The notes: generated from the letters alone by a model not told the origin. DNA of 64,000 nt from Bacilli bacterium (GCA_017635565.1 JAGBLE010000010.1:21833-85832), one strand, 5' to 3'; shown: positions 28,228 through 36,684, counted from the first letter of the stretch. Made by a program: numbers and translations.

Positions 28228-28354
28228 AAGCAAACCTCATTAATAATTCAATTTCATTTTATGAAATATAAACGCAATTTTAAATAATTATAGTTCATTT
28301 TTTTCTAACAATTATTTTTTTCGTAAATTTTGCATATAGAAGTATCCATTATAA

Positions 28355-28383
28355 AAGAGCCAAAGTTTGACACTCTGGCTCTT
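28355..28383 (-). terminator. probable intrinsic terminator after surface lipoprotein P2
   Basis: aagagcca ... tggctctt (8-bp stem with an inner agt/act extension), 20 nt after the stop at 28403. On the minus strand it is followed by TTTTATAAT. Confidence 0.45.
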
Positions 28384-28402
28384 ACTAGGTTAGTGGTATA
28401 GA

Positions 28403-31366
28403 TTAGCTTAAAGTTTCAATCCATTCACAGCCATCATATGATGCTTTTCCATCAGTTCCACCCCAGGTTGTTCCAACCCAGAATTTAACTGATTTTGAGT
28501 AAAGCTTAACATTTTCACATTTGATGCCAGTTGTGGAACCTGTTCCACCTAAAACTGTTAATACATCAAGTCCTGGTGCGTTAATTGTGACATCTTTATA
28601 TAAAGTGTTAACAACTTTTGTGACCGCAAACATGCTAGCTGGTCCACCATTTGTATTAACTTGTGCAAAATTGAATGTAACATTTTCAATTGTGGCATTT
28701 AAAATTTGAACCGCAAGAGTAGATCTAGTACCGTCTTGAGAAACTTTCATTGTATCAAAAGTAATGTTTTTGATTGTTCCACCATTAATGACATTAAATA
28801 ATCCACCATTATAATATGTAGCAGTACAAGTGAATTTATGTCCTCTACCATCTAAAGTTCCTCTGAATCCTCTGTTAGAAAGATCGCCAGCATAAGCTTC
28901 GGTAAGTCCTGAGTTGATATTCGCTGCGACTGTGATATCCGCAGAAAGGATGAAATATCCATCAGCATATGTATCAGCAACAAAGTAATCGCCACCGCCA
29001 ATGTTTTCAAAACCAGGTCTTAAATAATTACCCCACTCTGTAGCGTTACTAATAGTAGCGGTTACGACGGTAACAGGAATCGAAATGTTCCTTGTAGCAC
29101 CATCATGAGTTAATTTAATGGCTAATTTGTTTTCTCCATGCTTTGTTTTGTCATTAACTAATTCATCTGGTAAGTTTAAGTTAGCTAAGTCAGTTCCTAA
29201 ATCATATGCGCCTAAGGTAATACTATTAACTACGTCGCCATCATATTCTGTACCTGATAAGGAGACAGATTTTGTAGTGGCAGAAACTAAGATATCTTGA
29301 CTTGCAATGTCTAATTCAATTGATTCAAAGACAACTTCAACAGGCATTGTAATTGTAAATCCGGATTGGAATGTAATGGACAATGTTTGTTCGCCTCTAA
29401 TTGTTAAATCATCTTTAAATTCACTACTAAGTGTTAAATTGCTTAAATCTGAACCTAAATCATATGTACCAAGCATAATTGCTGTTGCAACTTCATCTTC
29501 AAAAGCAGTATTAGTTAAATTAATTGCTTGATTTTCATCATGATTAACATAGATTGTTTGTTTTTCTAAATAAGAATTAATAGTTCCAGTATTAACTGTC
29601 ATTCCCTCTTGCACGTAGTAATAGACTTTGTTATATCCGTTATACCAAAGCATAGCGTATGAGGCACAATCTAAGGTACAGTTTTCAAATGTATTTCTAA
29701 CTTTATTTTGGCCATATCCAAGGAGGTTGCCAATATCCTTACCAGCAAAATTGAATGTACAATCTTTGAAGGTATTATCCATAGAAATTCTACTAACAAT
29801 TAATCCTGAGTTTTCGACATTTGGAATTTTCTCAAATGAACCACTAGCAGAAATTGTAAATGTACAATTCTCCACCAAAGATCTTCTTAAATCGAGGCAG
29901 AGCATCGAATAATTAGCGGTAAATCCGTTGCGTGACCAAGAATCGACAAAATTAATATTCTTAAAGACAGAATCTTCTGCAAGTTGGAAAAATCCTAAAT
30001 AGAAAGATTTGACCGTTAATGTATGACCATCACCGTCTAAAGTGCCTTTAAATGTTTTGTATCCTTGTTGATTTGGATCGTTGCTCCAATATACTTCAGG
30101 CAATGAATTAACATTAATGTCATTTACAATTTTGAAATATCCAAAGACATTTTCTTTTATGTCTTGGACACGAATAGAACTTACATCTTCTTTTGTTTTG
30201 ATATATTTAGTAACTGCAAGTAAATCAACTTTAATTGTGTGATCAGCAGCAGGAACAACGCCTTCTTGAGGTGTAGAAACTACTACTTCAACTTTGCCTT
30301 CACCATGATCTTCAGCTGGAACATTTGTGAAATCAAGATTTGCTAAGTCAGTTCCTAAACTATATTCGTTTTCACCTTTAATATATGTGATGCTCTTAAT
30401 TGTGTGTTTAGTACTATCATAACTTGAGCCAGCTAAATCTAAAGCAGCGGTAGACGCAACTTCAACTTCTTGACTTGCATTTGTAACTGTCTTTATGAAT
30501 TTAACAGGATCAGAGCAGATACATCCACTGACATCAAATTCTTCGTTTGAGAAATCCCAACTTGTATCGTTATGAGTAACGGTAATCGTTGTTTTTTCCT
30601 CAACACCTACGTAATCAAGACCATCAGCAACAGTGGCTTTAAGATAATAGGTTGTACTTTCGCTTTCACCTTTTCCTTCATTAGTGAAGGTGAATTCTTC
30701 GCCTAATTGTTCTTTGGTTTTATATTCACCATCTTCAGATGTTGCGAATGTGTAAACAATTGTTCCAAAAGTAGCGCTGACACCATCTAATTCAGTAAAT
30801 GCTTTAGCACCACAGTGGAAACTTAATGGGGCTAAACCTGTAATCGCGTTATCTTTCTTAGAAAGAGTAACATCAGTTTGGACTGATAGTTCACCATAAG
30901 TGAATGTCATTTTTAATGATTCACTATTTAAATCATCAGCTGTAAATTTAGAGGCGTTTTCTGTTGGATAACCAACTTGAACACGTTTCATTTCAGCATC
31001 GGAAAGAACTCGGCCTGCACAGTGTTCGCATTTAAGTGTGAGAGTTAAGCCTGTCATATCGAATGTATCATCGACTTTGTAGGCTGTTTTAAATGTTCCA
31101 CCGACAACAAGGAATTCATCTCCTTTGTGATTTGTTGGATCGACTGGGATAACAACAGGTGCTTCAATTTCTTCCTTATTAGCGTCGAAATACTTGTCGC
31201 ATCCTTCACATGTGTAATAGAATTCAGTTCCTGTCTCAACACAGTTAGAAGAAACCTCAGGGTGCTCAACAAATGTATGCGTATGTTGTGGTTGACCACA
31301 GGCAGTAATGCCCATAGCAAAAAGTGCTGGAGCTAACCCAAGAATAAGTTTGTAATTTTTCTTCAT
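28403..31366 (-). CDS. surface lipoprotein P2: Cys/His-rich mini-domain, Big_3-like Ig domains, three YDLG domains and two short beta-solenoid modules
   Basis: Lipobox ITA-C. N-terminal HTHTFVEHPEVSSNCVETGTEFYYTCEGCDKYF. Big_3-like segment TFKTAYKVDDTFDMTGLTL. Module anchors are FKGTLDGDGHTLTV (nt 30011-30046) and FRGTLDGRGHKFTC (28826-28861). Confidence 0.7.
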   Translation of the reverse strand: MKKNYKLILGLAPALFAMGITACGQPQHTHTFVEHPEVSSNCVETGTEFYYTCEGCDKYFDANKEEIEAPVVIPVDPTNHKGDEFLVVGGTFKTAYKVDDTFDMTGLTLTLKCEHCAGRVLSDAEMKRVQVGYPTENASKFTADDLNSESLKMTFTYGELSVQTDVTLSKKDNAITGLAPLSFHCGAKAFTELDGVSATFGTIVYTFATSEDGEYKTKEQLGEEFTFTNEGKGESESTTYYLKATVADGLDYVGVEEKTTITVTHNDTSWDFSNEEFDVSGCICSDPVKFIKTVTNASQEVEVASTAALDLAGSSYDSTKHTIKSITYIKGENEYSLGTDLANLDFTNVPAEDHGEGKVEVVVSTPQEGVVPAADHTIKVDLLAVTKYIKTKEDVSSIRVQDIKENVFGYFKIVNDINVNSLPEVYWSNDPNQQGYKTFKGTLDGDGHTLTVKSFYLGFFQLAEDSVFKNINFVDSWSRNGFTANYSMLCLDLRRSLVENCTFTISASGSFEKIPNVENSGLIVSRISMDNTFKDCTFNFAGKDIGNLLGYGQNKVRNTFENCTLDCASYAMLWYNGYNKVYYYVQEGMTVNTGTINSYLEKQTIYVNHDENQAINLTNTAFEDEVATAIMLGTYDLGSDLSNLTLSSEFKDDLTIRGEQTLSITFQSGFTITMPVEVVFESIELDIASQDILVSATTKSVSLSGTEYDGDVVNSITLGAYDLGTDLANLNLPDELVNDKTKHGENKLAIKLTHDGATRNISIPVTVVTATISNATEWGNYLRPGFENIGGGDYFVADTYADGYFILSADITVAANINSGLTEAYAGDLSNRGFRGTLDGRGHKFTCTATYYNGGLFNVINGGTIKNITFDTMKVSQDGTRSTLAVQILNATIENVTFNFAQVNTNGGPASMFAVTKVVNTLYKDVTINAPGLDVLTVLGGTGSTTGIKCENVKLYSKSVKFWVGTTWGGTDGKASYDGCEWIETLS
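29060..30469 (-). repeat. three intragenic copies of an ~80-aa YDLG(T/S)DLxNL domain inside P2 (30209-30469, 29327-29566, 29060-29311)
   Basis: The peptides are EYSLGTDLANLDFTNVPAEDHGEGKVEV, GTYDLGSDLSNLTLSSEFKDDLTIRGEQTL and GAYDLGTDLANLNLPDELVNDKTKHGENKL. At the DNA level, gctaagtcagttcctaaa (18 nt) is identical at ~29183-29200 and ~30342-30359. A fourth copy lies in P3 (33488-33736). Confidence 0.6.
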
Positions 31367-31438
31367 AATTACCTTACCTTTCTTAAATTAAATATATATC
31401 CGTTAGGCAAGCTTAATTCATCACGAATTTAAGTTGTA

Positions 31439-32515
31439 CTAATTGATACCAATTTTATCGAAGTAATCCATAATCATATTCCAATCTCTAGTTTCAATAT
31501 TATGGATTCCATCTTTGATGTGATAGGCGATATGCCCGTTTTGATATGACTTGCCAACCTCAATTTCTTCTGGAGCAATTAAGCCATCCACCCCATATAA
31601 ATTAAAATATTGAGAGGCATATCTACATGAGAGGAGTTCGTTTTTTGGGCATGCCCAACTATCCCCTGTGGCGCTAAAAACGTAAACATAACGTGGGGCG
31701 ATTAACCCGATTAATTGATGTTGATCAAACGGAAGGCTTTCTTCTTTATTCCTATACTTTTTATAGTTTTTACAAAACCAGTATGGGAAGGCCCTTGTGA
31801 TGACATCAATTGTTTCACCAGTGTTATTTCTTGCCAAGGCTGCACCACTATTGCCTGAACAAGATGAGACTGCTAAGAGAAATCTTTCATCCTGGCTAGC
31901 AGCTAATAACGCTGTTTTTCCTCCTCGAGAATGTCCGATTACTGCTACTTTTGACAAATCAATTTCATCATCCAAAGTTTCAAAATAATCGACAACTTTA
32001 CTAGCGGCCCAGCTCCAAGCTTGGATAGCTCCCCAAGATGAGGCAGTCTTTTTATCGCCTAAGGCTTTAATCACACTAGCGCGCTTACTATATTTCTTGT
32101 CAGGAGCAACTTCCTTAGTAGAAACAAATGCAATCGCATATCCTCGAGAAATGACGTTATCGACATCGCAGTAATGTTTTAGTGACTGATAATCATTTAC
32201 TAAATCACTACTCGATGTATTCTCCACATATTCATGGAGAACAAAGACAAAAGCTTTATTGTGTTTTTTGCCTTCAGGGACATATAGATGAAATTTCATC
32301 TTATATCCATTAATTAACATATAGACTTTACGGATATGAATCGTGTCAGTATGTTTTTCTTCAGCAACAATAAATTGGACTTTTTGCTTACTTGACTGTG
32401 GCCTATAACCATATTCCTCAGACAAAATTAAATCAAGAATAGATGCTTTCCCAAACTCCTGCCATTCGCTTAAAGAGAAACGATTATGAAACACATCATC
32501 TTTCACGTTCGTCAT
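31439..32515 (-). CDS. CE15-like glucuronoyl esterase (alpha/beta hydrolase), no signal peptide
   Basis: VIGHSRGGKTALLAASQDERF ... SSCSGNSGAALAR ... FPYWFCKNYKKY follows the GxSRxGKxAL ... SGxxG ... W-F pattern of CE15 enzymes. No obvious SD. Confidence 0.65.
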   Translation of the reverse strand: MTNVKDDVFHNRFSLSEWQEFGKASILDLILSEEYGYRPQSSKQKVQFIVAEEKHTDTIHIRKVYMLINGYKMKFHLYVPEGKKHNKAFVFVLHEYVENTSSSDLVNDYQSLKHYCDVDNVISRGYAIAFVSTKEVAPDKKYSKRASVIKALGDKKTASSWGAIQAWSWAASKVVDYFETLDDEIDLSKVAVIGHSRGGKTALLAASQDERFLLAVSSCSGNSGAALARNNTGETIDVITRAFPYWFCKNYKKYRNKEESLPFDQHQLIGLIAPRYVYVFSATGDSWACPKNELLSCRYASQYFNLYGVDGLIAPEEIEVGKSYQNGHIAYHIKDGIHNIETRDWNMIMDYFDKIGIN

Positions 32516-32701
32516 ATGTATTTATATGTTTTAATTATACAACATCTAACCCTTCTAATAGATTTTTTTTGCAATTCGTAAATAAGGAAATGTCAGTAGA
32601 AATTTGGAAAAGAAAAGGGGATTTTTTCCCTTCCATAGAAAGTAAAATATAGATGGTTCTATAGAATCTAAGGTGGGATGAAAAAAGACAATCACACTCC
32701 A

Positions 32702-32803
32702 GAATTTATGATTTTTGAACTTCTCAATACATTCAAGTTTAAATTCCAGTGTAAATTTTGACATGAAAAATACCCCTCCTCCTTGTCCAAGATTTGGGGT
32801 ACA
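32702..32803 (-). mobile_element. remnant of the left end of an IS3-family (IS150-group-like) insertion sequence
   Basis: The minus strand reads TGTACCCCAAATCTTGGACAAGG (a TG...TTGGAC-type terminal inverted repeat), then GGAGGAGGGG, then ATG and MSKFTLEFKLECIEKFKNHKF. That peptide resembles the N-terminus of IS3 OrfA. Similarity then stops, and no transposase body or right end is present. Confidence 0.4.
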
Positions 32804-32830
32804 TCTCATTCTAGAGAGCCATATAAATGA

Positions 32831-34927
32831 TTAGTTAATATAATTAATGTTTACGCCATATGGTACGGCATTTTTACCGGAGATTACTTGTGTGGTTGCA
32901 GCCGCAGAAGTTGTGTTCCATATAACATGATTAAATCTCTTGTTTTCATTTAAATAGTTGGCAGGGAAAAGCGTAACTGTAAAACCACTAGCATCAACAC
33001 CAGTACCAGCGTTTGTATTTACGACAACATTCATAAATTGGATGTTATTTACATATTTTTTTACTAGGACATTGCTATGATCTGAGTTTGTTCCGACTAG
33101 CGGAGCATTGACAGTGATGTTATAAACCTTAATTAAATGAAGGACGTTTAAACCAGATGATCCATTAATAAAGCTTGTGTTTCCATAACCAGTGTTGCCA
33201 GAATTTTCAATTGTTAAGTTTTTAATAACAGCATCTTCTCTAGCGGCGGAAATAATACCATTTGAAGCAGCGGAAACGTTTCCTCTCAGTCTAAAATTAC
33301 GACCATCGAGTTCGCCATAAAAGCCATTGCCTGTCGTTGTGTTCCAGTCTGTATCTTGTGTTGCGCCAATTCCTGAAGCGGCATAGTCGACAATGATGTC
33401 ATTATTTAAAGCATAGTAACCATATACTTTAGAAGCTAGGTTTGTTCCTCTAATTTTTGCTAAATCAGCAACTGTTGAGAGATATTCGGTAACTAAGGTA
33501 ACAGGTAACGCAAATGTGTTTTCTTCACTGTTTGTGATTGTAACCAATCCTTGTCCGTGATTAGCTGGCGTATCTTTTAATGCTAGTGGAATTACTAAGC
33601 CAGTTAAACTTGTACCTAAATCATAAGTGCTTAATCCAACCTTTACTGAAATTGAAGAAACTGTGCCAACATTTGTTGAACCAACATTTAGTGAAATTGA
33701 GTCTTGTGAATTGACATAGATATCTTGTCTTTCCCTACTAATTAATGTCGATGAATTAGGTACGAATTGATACCCTTTTTGGTTAACAGAAATTCCGTAT
33801 GTGTTATCTTTGACAGCAACTGGAGCTTCGGTATCGCCTTTAAAAACAACATTGTCATATGCGTTTGTTAAATTATCACCAGCTGTTCCAAATAAACAAG
33901 TAGGATTGACGCCGCTTGTGGCAGTTATTGTGACATCTTCAATTAAATTGTTTTGAGAATATCTTGATATGACACTTCCGAAATTCTTTTCAGTTGGAGC
34001 ATTTTGCAATAAATTAATTGTTATATTAGATAAGATACTATCATGCGCTTGGTTCGCAATTGTTGTTGCACAATAGTTTAATAGTTTAACATTATCAAAT
34101 GTGATATTGCGAATTATAGCACCTGTTAATAGTTCAAATAAGCCACCATTATAAAACCCAACTTTTGCTCCATCGATTGTGTGTCCTCTACCATCAAGTG
34201 TGCCAGAAAAGCCACGGTTTGTTGTTTCTGTCCACATTAAATCTGAAGAAGCTTGAGGATTAATATTAATTTCTAAATCGTTACCCAAAACATAGTAACC
34301 ATCCAAAAATTCATTTTCTGAATACTTTGTACCTGACGAACTCTTAAAAACATCTTTAAATTCGTTATATGTATTAAATACTTTTGTTGCACCCAATGTA
34401 TCAGCATAGAACGATGGGCGATTTCCGTTATTATCAAGCCATAAGACTTTCTTTTTTTCACCTGCTGATGGTAATTCAGAAGCAGCTGTATAGGCGTGCC
34501 CTTTCATGTTATTAATTTCACTAAAAGTACCTGCTTCAGAGGTAATATCATATAAAACAGAGCCGAAAGTTCCGCTTTGTTCGTTAACAGGAATAATTAA
34601 TCTCGCTTCCCATCCATCTGGGCGGAATTCAGAGAAATCGTAATTTGTGCCACCTTCTTTGATAAGAGAATCATCGACATCTGGTTTTGTGAATTGATAT
34701 CCACCACCACATTGAACCCAATATTCTCTAACGCCATATCTATTAGGGGCCCCAGCTACAGCAGCAGAACCAGGCAAAGACGTTTCGTAATGAACCCAAG
34801 TTCCAGCGGTGGCTGGCGAATATTGACCAAAAACTTGAGACGTTGATGCTGATCCAATAGCAGACACTAAAAGAGCGGTCGCCGAAAGTGTTGTAAAGGC
34901 AATTATCATTTTAGAATTTTTTTTCAT
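32831..34927 (-). CDS. secreted protein P3: N-terminal domain, two short beta-solenoid modules and one YDLG domain
   Basis: Signal peptide without Cys (…LLVSAIGSASTSQ). GAGGTG RBS. Module anchors are FSGTLDGRGHTIDG (nt 34169-34204) and FYGELDGRNFRLRG (~33281-33316). YDLG domain peptide: STYDLGTSLTGLVIPLALKDTPANHGQGL. Confidence 0.7.
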   Translation of the reverse strand: MKKNSKMIIAFTTLSATALLVSAIGSASTSQVFGQYSPATAGTWVHYETSLPGSAAVAGAPNRYGVREYWVQCGGGYQFTKPDVDDSLIKEGGTNYDFSEFRPDGWEARLIIPVNEQSGTFGSVLYDITSEAGTFSEINNMKGHAYTAASELPSAGEKKKVLWLDNNGNRPSFYADTLGATKVFNTYNEFKDVFKSSSGTKYSENEFLDGYYVLGNDLEININPQASSDLMWTETTNRGFSGTLDGRGHTIDGAKVGFYNGGLFELLTGAIIRNITFDNVKLLNYCATTIANQAHDSILSNITINLLQNAPTEKNFGSVISRYSQNNLIEDVTITATSGVNPTCLFGTAGDNLTNAYDNVVFKGDTEAPVAVKDNTYGISVNQKGYQFVPNSSTLISRERQDIYVNSQDSISLNVGSTNVGTVSSISVKVGLSTYDLGTSLTGLVIPLALKDTPANHGQGLVTITNSEENTFALPVTLVTEYLSTVADLAKIRGTNLASKVYGYYALNNDIIVDYAASGIGATQDTDWNTTTGNGFYGELDGRNFRLRGNVSAASNGIISAAREDAVIKNLTIENSGNTGYGNTSFINGSSGLNVLHLIKVYNITVNAPLVGTNSDHSNVLVKKYVNNIQFMNVVVNTNAGTGVDASGFTVTLFPANYLNENKRFNHVIWNTTSAAATTQVISGKNAVPYGVNINYIN

Positions 34928-34973
34928 TTCTTACACCTCGTGGTATAAAAACCAGTTTGTTTAATTAAATTGT

Positions 34974-34991
34974 AAGAAGAAGAAGAAGAAG
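34974..34991. repeat. (AAG)6 / (CTT)6 perfect trinucleotide microsatellite in the 5' region of P3
   Basis: aagaagaagaagaagaag read directly. It lies 46 nt upstream of the P3 ATG (34927). Confidence 0.95.
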
Positions 34992-34994
34992 CAA

Positions 34995-35015
34995 GCACTC
35001 AGGAATAGTGAGTGC
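34995..35015 (-). terminator. hairpin followed by the pyrimidine tract; terminator-like or attenuator-like element in the P3 leader
   Basis: gcactca-ggaatag-tgagtgc (7-bp stem). On the minus strand it is followed directly by TTG(CTT)6. Confidence 0.35.
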
Positions 35016-35302
35016 CAATCATTTTTGCTATTTTTTCTTGATTACATCTATACTTTTTTAATTTTTACCCCAAATTTTTGTTTTAAAGATAAAAGTTCAA
35101 AATTAAAAGCACTAGTGTTTTTTGAAATGTCACTTGATGTAGTTTAATTATACGCATGCTCGTGCGTTATTATTTAATATGTTTATATAAGGGCTGTCTT
35201 AATAAAGGCGATTTTGAAATTTTTTTTCATTTTTTCCCTTAAATATATCTTTTTTTATTTTTTTGTTTGAAAATCAAAATTAAATTCTATAATAAAGTTG
35301 TT

Positions 35303-36097
35303 ATGTTTAATATCAAGGAAGATTCAAAACAAGCTTACTGGCAGTACAAATACGATGATAAGGTTTTTAATGACATCTTTTATCGTCACATGCACAACAA
35401 CTTTGAGATCCATTTAATCGTTAAAGGCGAAGGAGCGTTTAACCTTGATGGAAAAGAAGTTGACACCAGTAACTTAGATTTAATTATCGTTCCACCACAT
35501 TCATATCACGTCTTTAATGTTAATAAAAAGATTCCATATGAAAGATTCGTTTTCAATTTCCCACAAGACTATTATGGATTCGATATTGGAGATGTCATTA
35601 ATAAAGCTGGAGTTCATAGTTTATCCACTCACCACGAGATTGTTGATTCTTTTAAGAAAATCGATGAATATTCAAAAACATTAAATGAAGAAGATTTTGT
35701 TAGAATGCTCCATTTGTATGTTCAAATCATTTTGCTCCAATTGAAAAACACTTCTTTTGATGACAAAGAAAGCAAGAGCACCAATCACTTAACCGCTTCT
35801 GCTCTTAGTTATATCGATGAACATCTATTTAGTCCACTCGATGTCAAAACAATCGCTGATGCCTTATATATTTCTAAATCACATTTACAAAATACATTCT
35901 ATAAATCAATGAAAATTGGTTTGAAGACATATATCATTCAGCGCAAAATAGACAAAGCACAAACCATGATTAACGAAGGAATGGGAGCAACCGAGGTTGC
36001 AAGCATGCTTGGATATCGAACATATTCAACATTCTATAAGTCATATACAAAGATATATGGTATCCCACCTAACTACGCTAAAAAGAAGAAAAATTAA
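35303..36097 (+). CDS. AraC family transcriptional regulator (cupin-type sensor plus HTH)
   Basis: N-terminal cupin-like FEIHLIVKGEGAFNLDGKEV...PPHSYH. C-terminal AraC HTH IADALYISKSHLQNTFYK ... VASMLGYRTYSTFYKSYTKIYGIPP. The track start at 35267 is TTG, and the first ATG is at 35303. Transcribed divergently from P3. Confidence 0.85.
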   Translation: MFNIKEDSKQAYWQYKYDDKVFNDIFYRHMHNNFEIHLIVKGEGAFNLDGKEVDTSNLDLIIVPPHSYHVFNVNKKIPYERFVFNFPQDYYGFDIGDVINKAGVHSLSTHHEIVDSFKKIDEYSKTLNEEDFVRMLHLYVQIILLQLKNTSFDDKESKSTNHLTASALSYIDEHLFSPLDVKTIADALYISKSHLQNTFYKSMKIGLKTYIIQRKIDKAQTMINEGMGATEVASMLGYRTYSTFYKSYTKIYGIPPNYAKKKKN

Positions 36098-36120
36098 TTG
36101 TTGAATAAGTAGAGACTGGG

Positions 36121-36684
36121 TCATTCCGCCGCTACTTTTTTTATTAGATTGGCTACTTCTTGAGCAACCTTATTTTTCCCTATTTCAGTTAGATGAATAT
36201 AATCATCATCACTTATCATTTCATCGATATCATCTTTAACAAATGAATATAAATCATTAATGATAATTCCTTTTTCTTTTAATAGAGGAACAATTTCTTT
36301 GTTATATCTTTCACAAGTTATATTTTCATTATCTGGATGTTTATCTTTTACCGGTGTAGTAGTCGCAAAAATCACTTTCCTTGAATATGAAAGTAATATA
36401 TCAGCAACTCTTAATATATTTTCTTTATATTCTTCTAAAGAAGTGAATGGTTTATTGTCTTTAAAAGGAAAAGCCATATCCCATAAACCATTATTCCAAT
36501 GAATAACATCAGCTCCTTGAAGTTTGTCTTTATAGTCGACAAGCATTCTTAAAGTATGTTTAACAAATCGACAATTTTCAGTTGGCTGCCAAATTTCAAA
36601 TTCATCACTTGAGAGATATTTTTCAATGACAGTGCCATAACCAACTTGGCGAATAGAATCACCGAGTAGAACAACTTTAATCAT
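36121..36684 (-). CDS. SGNH/GDSL-family hydrolase (esterase)
   Basis: Block I VVLLGDSI, a later GxND-like WNNGLWD, and a C-terminal DDYIHL (DxxH). ATGA overlap with the upstream gene. Confidence 0.75.
   Translation of the reverse strand: MIKVVLLGDSIRQVGYGTVIEKYLSSDEFEIWQPTENCRFVKHTLRMLVDYKDKLQGADVIHWNNGLWDMAFPFKDNKPFTSLEEYKENILRVADILLSYSRKVIFATTTPVKDKHPDNENITCERYNKEIVPLLKEKGIIINDLYSFVKDDIDEMISDDDYIHLTEIGKNKVAQEVANLIKKVAAE

Noticed and set aside
28251-28267. ATTTCAT-ttt-ATGAAAT inverted repeat upstream of the ADP-ribosylglycohydrolase-like gene
   Set aside because: A 7-bp, all-A/T-dominated palindrome has a high chance expectation here. There is no second copy or known operator consensus to support it.
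31382-31433. cttaaatt ... aatttaag 8-bp inverted repeat between the CE15-like gene and P2
   Set aside because: The 36-nt loop and A/T-only stem make a stable hairpin or terminator unlikely. The two genes are probably co-transcribed.
32555-32809. 84-aa minus-strand ORF in the P3/CE15 intergenic region
   Set aside because: Only the segment MSKFTLEFKLECIEKFKNHKF resembles anything (IS3 OrfA). The remainder is Phe/Leu-rich read-through into non-coding DNA. It is reinterpreted as an IS remnant rather than a functional gene.
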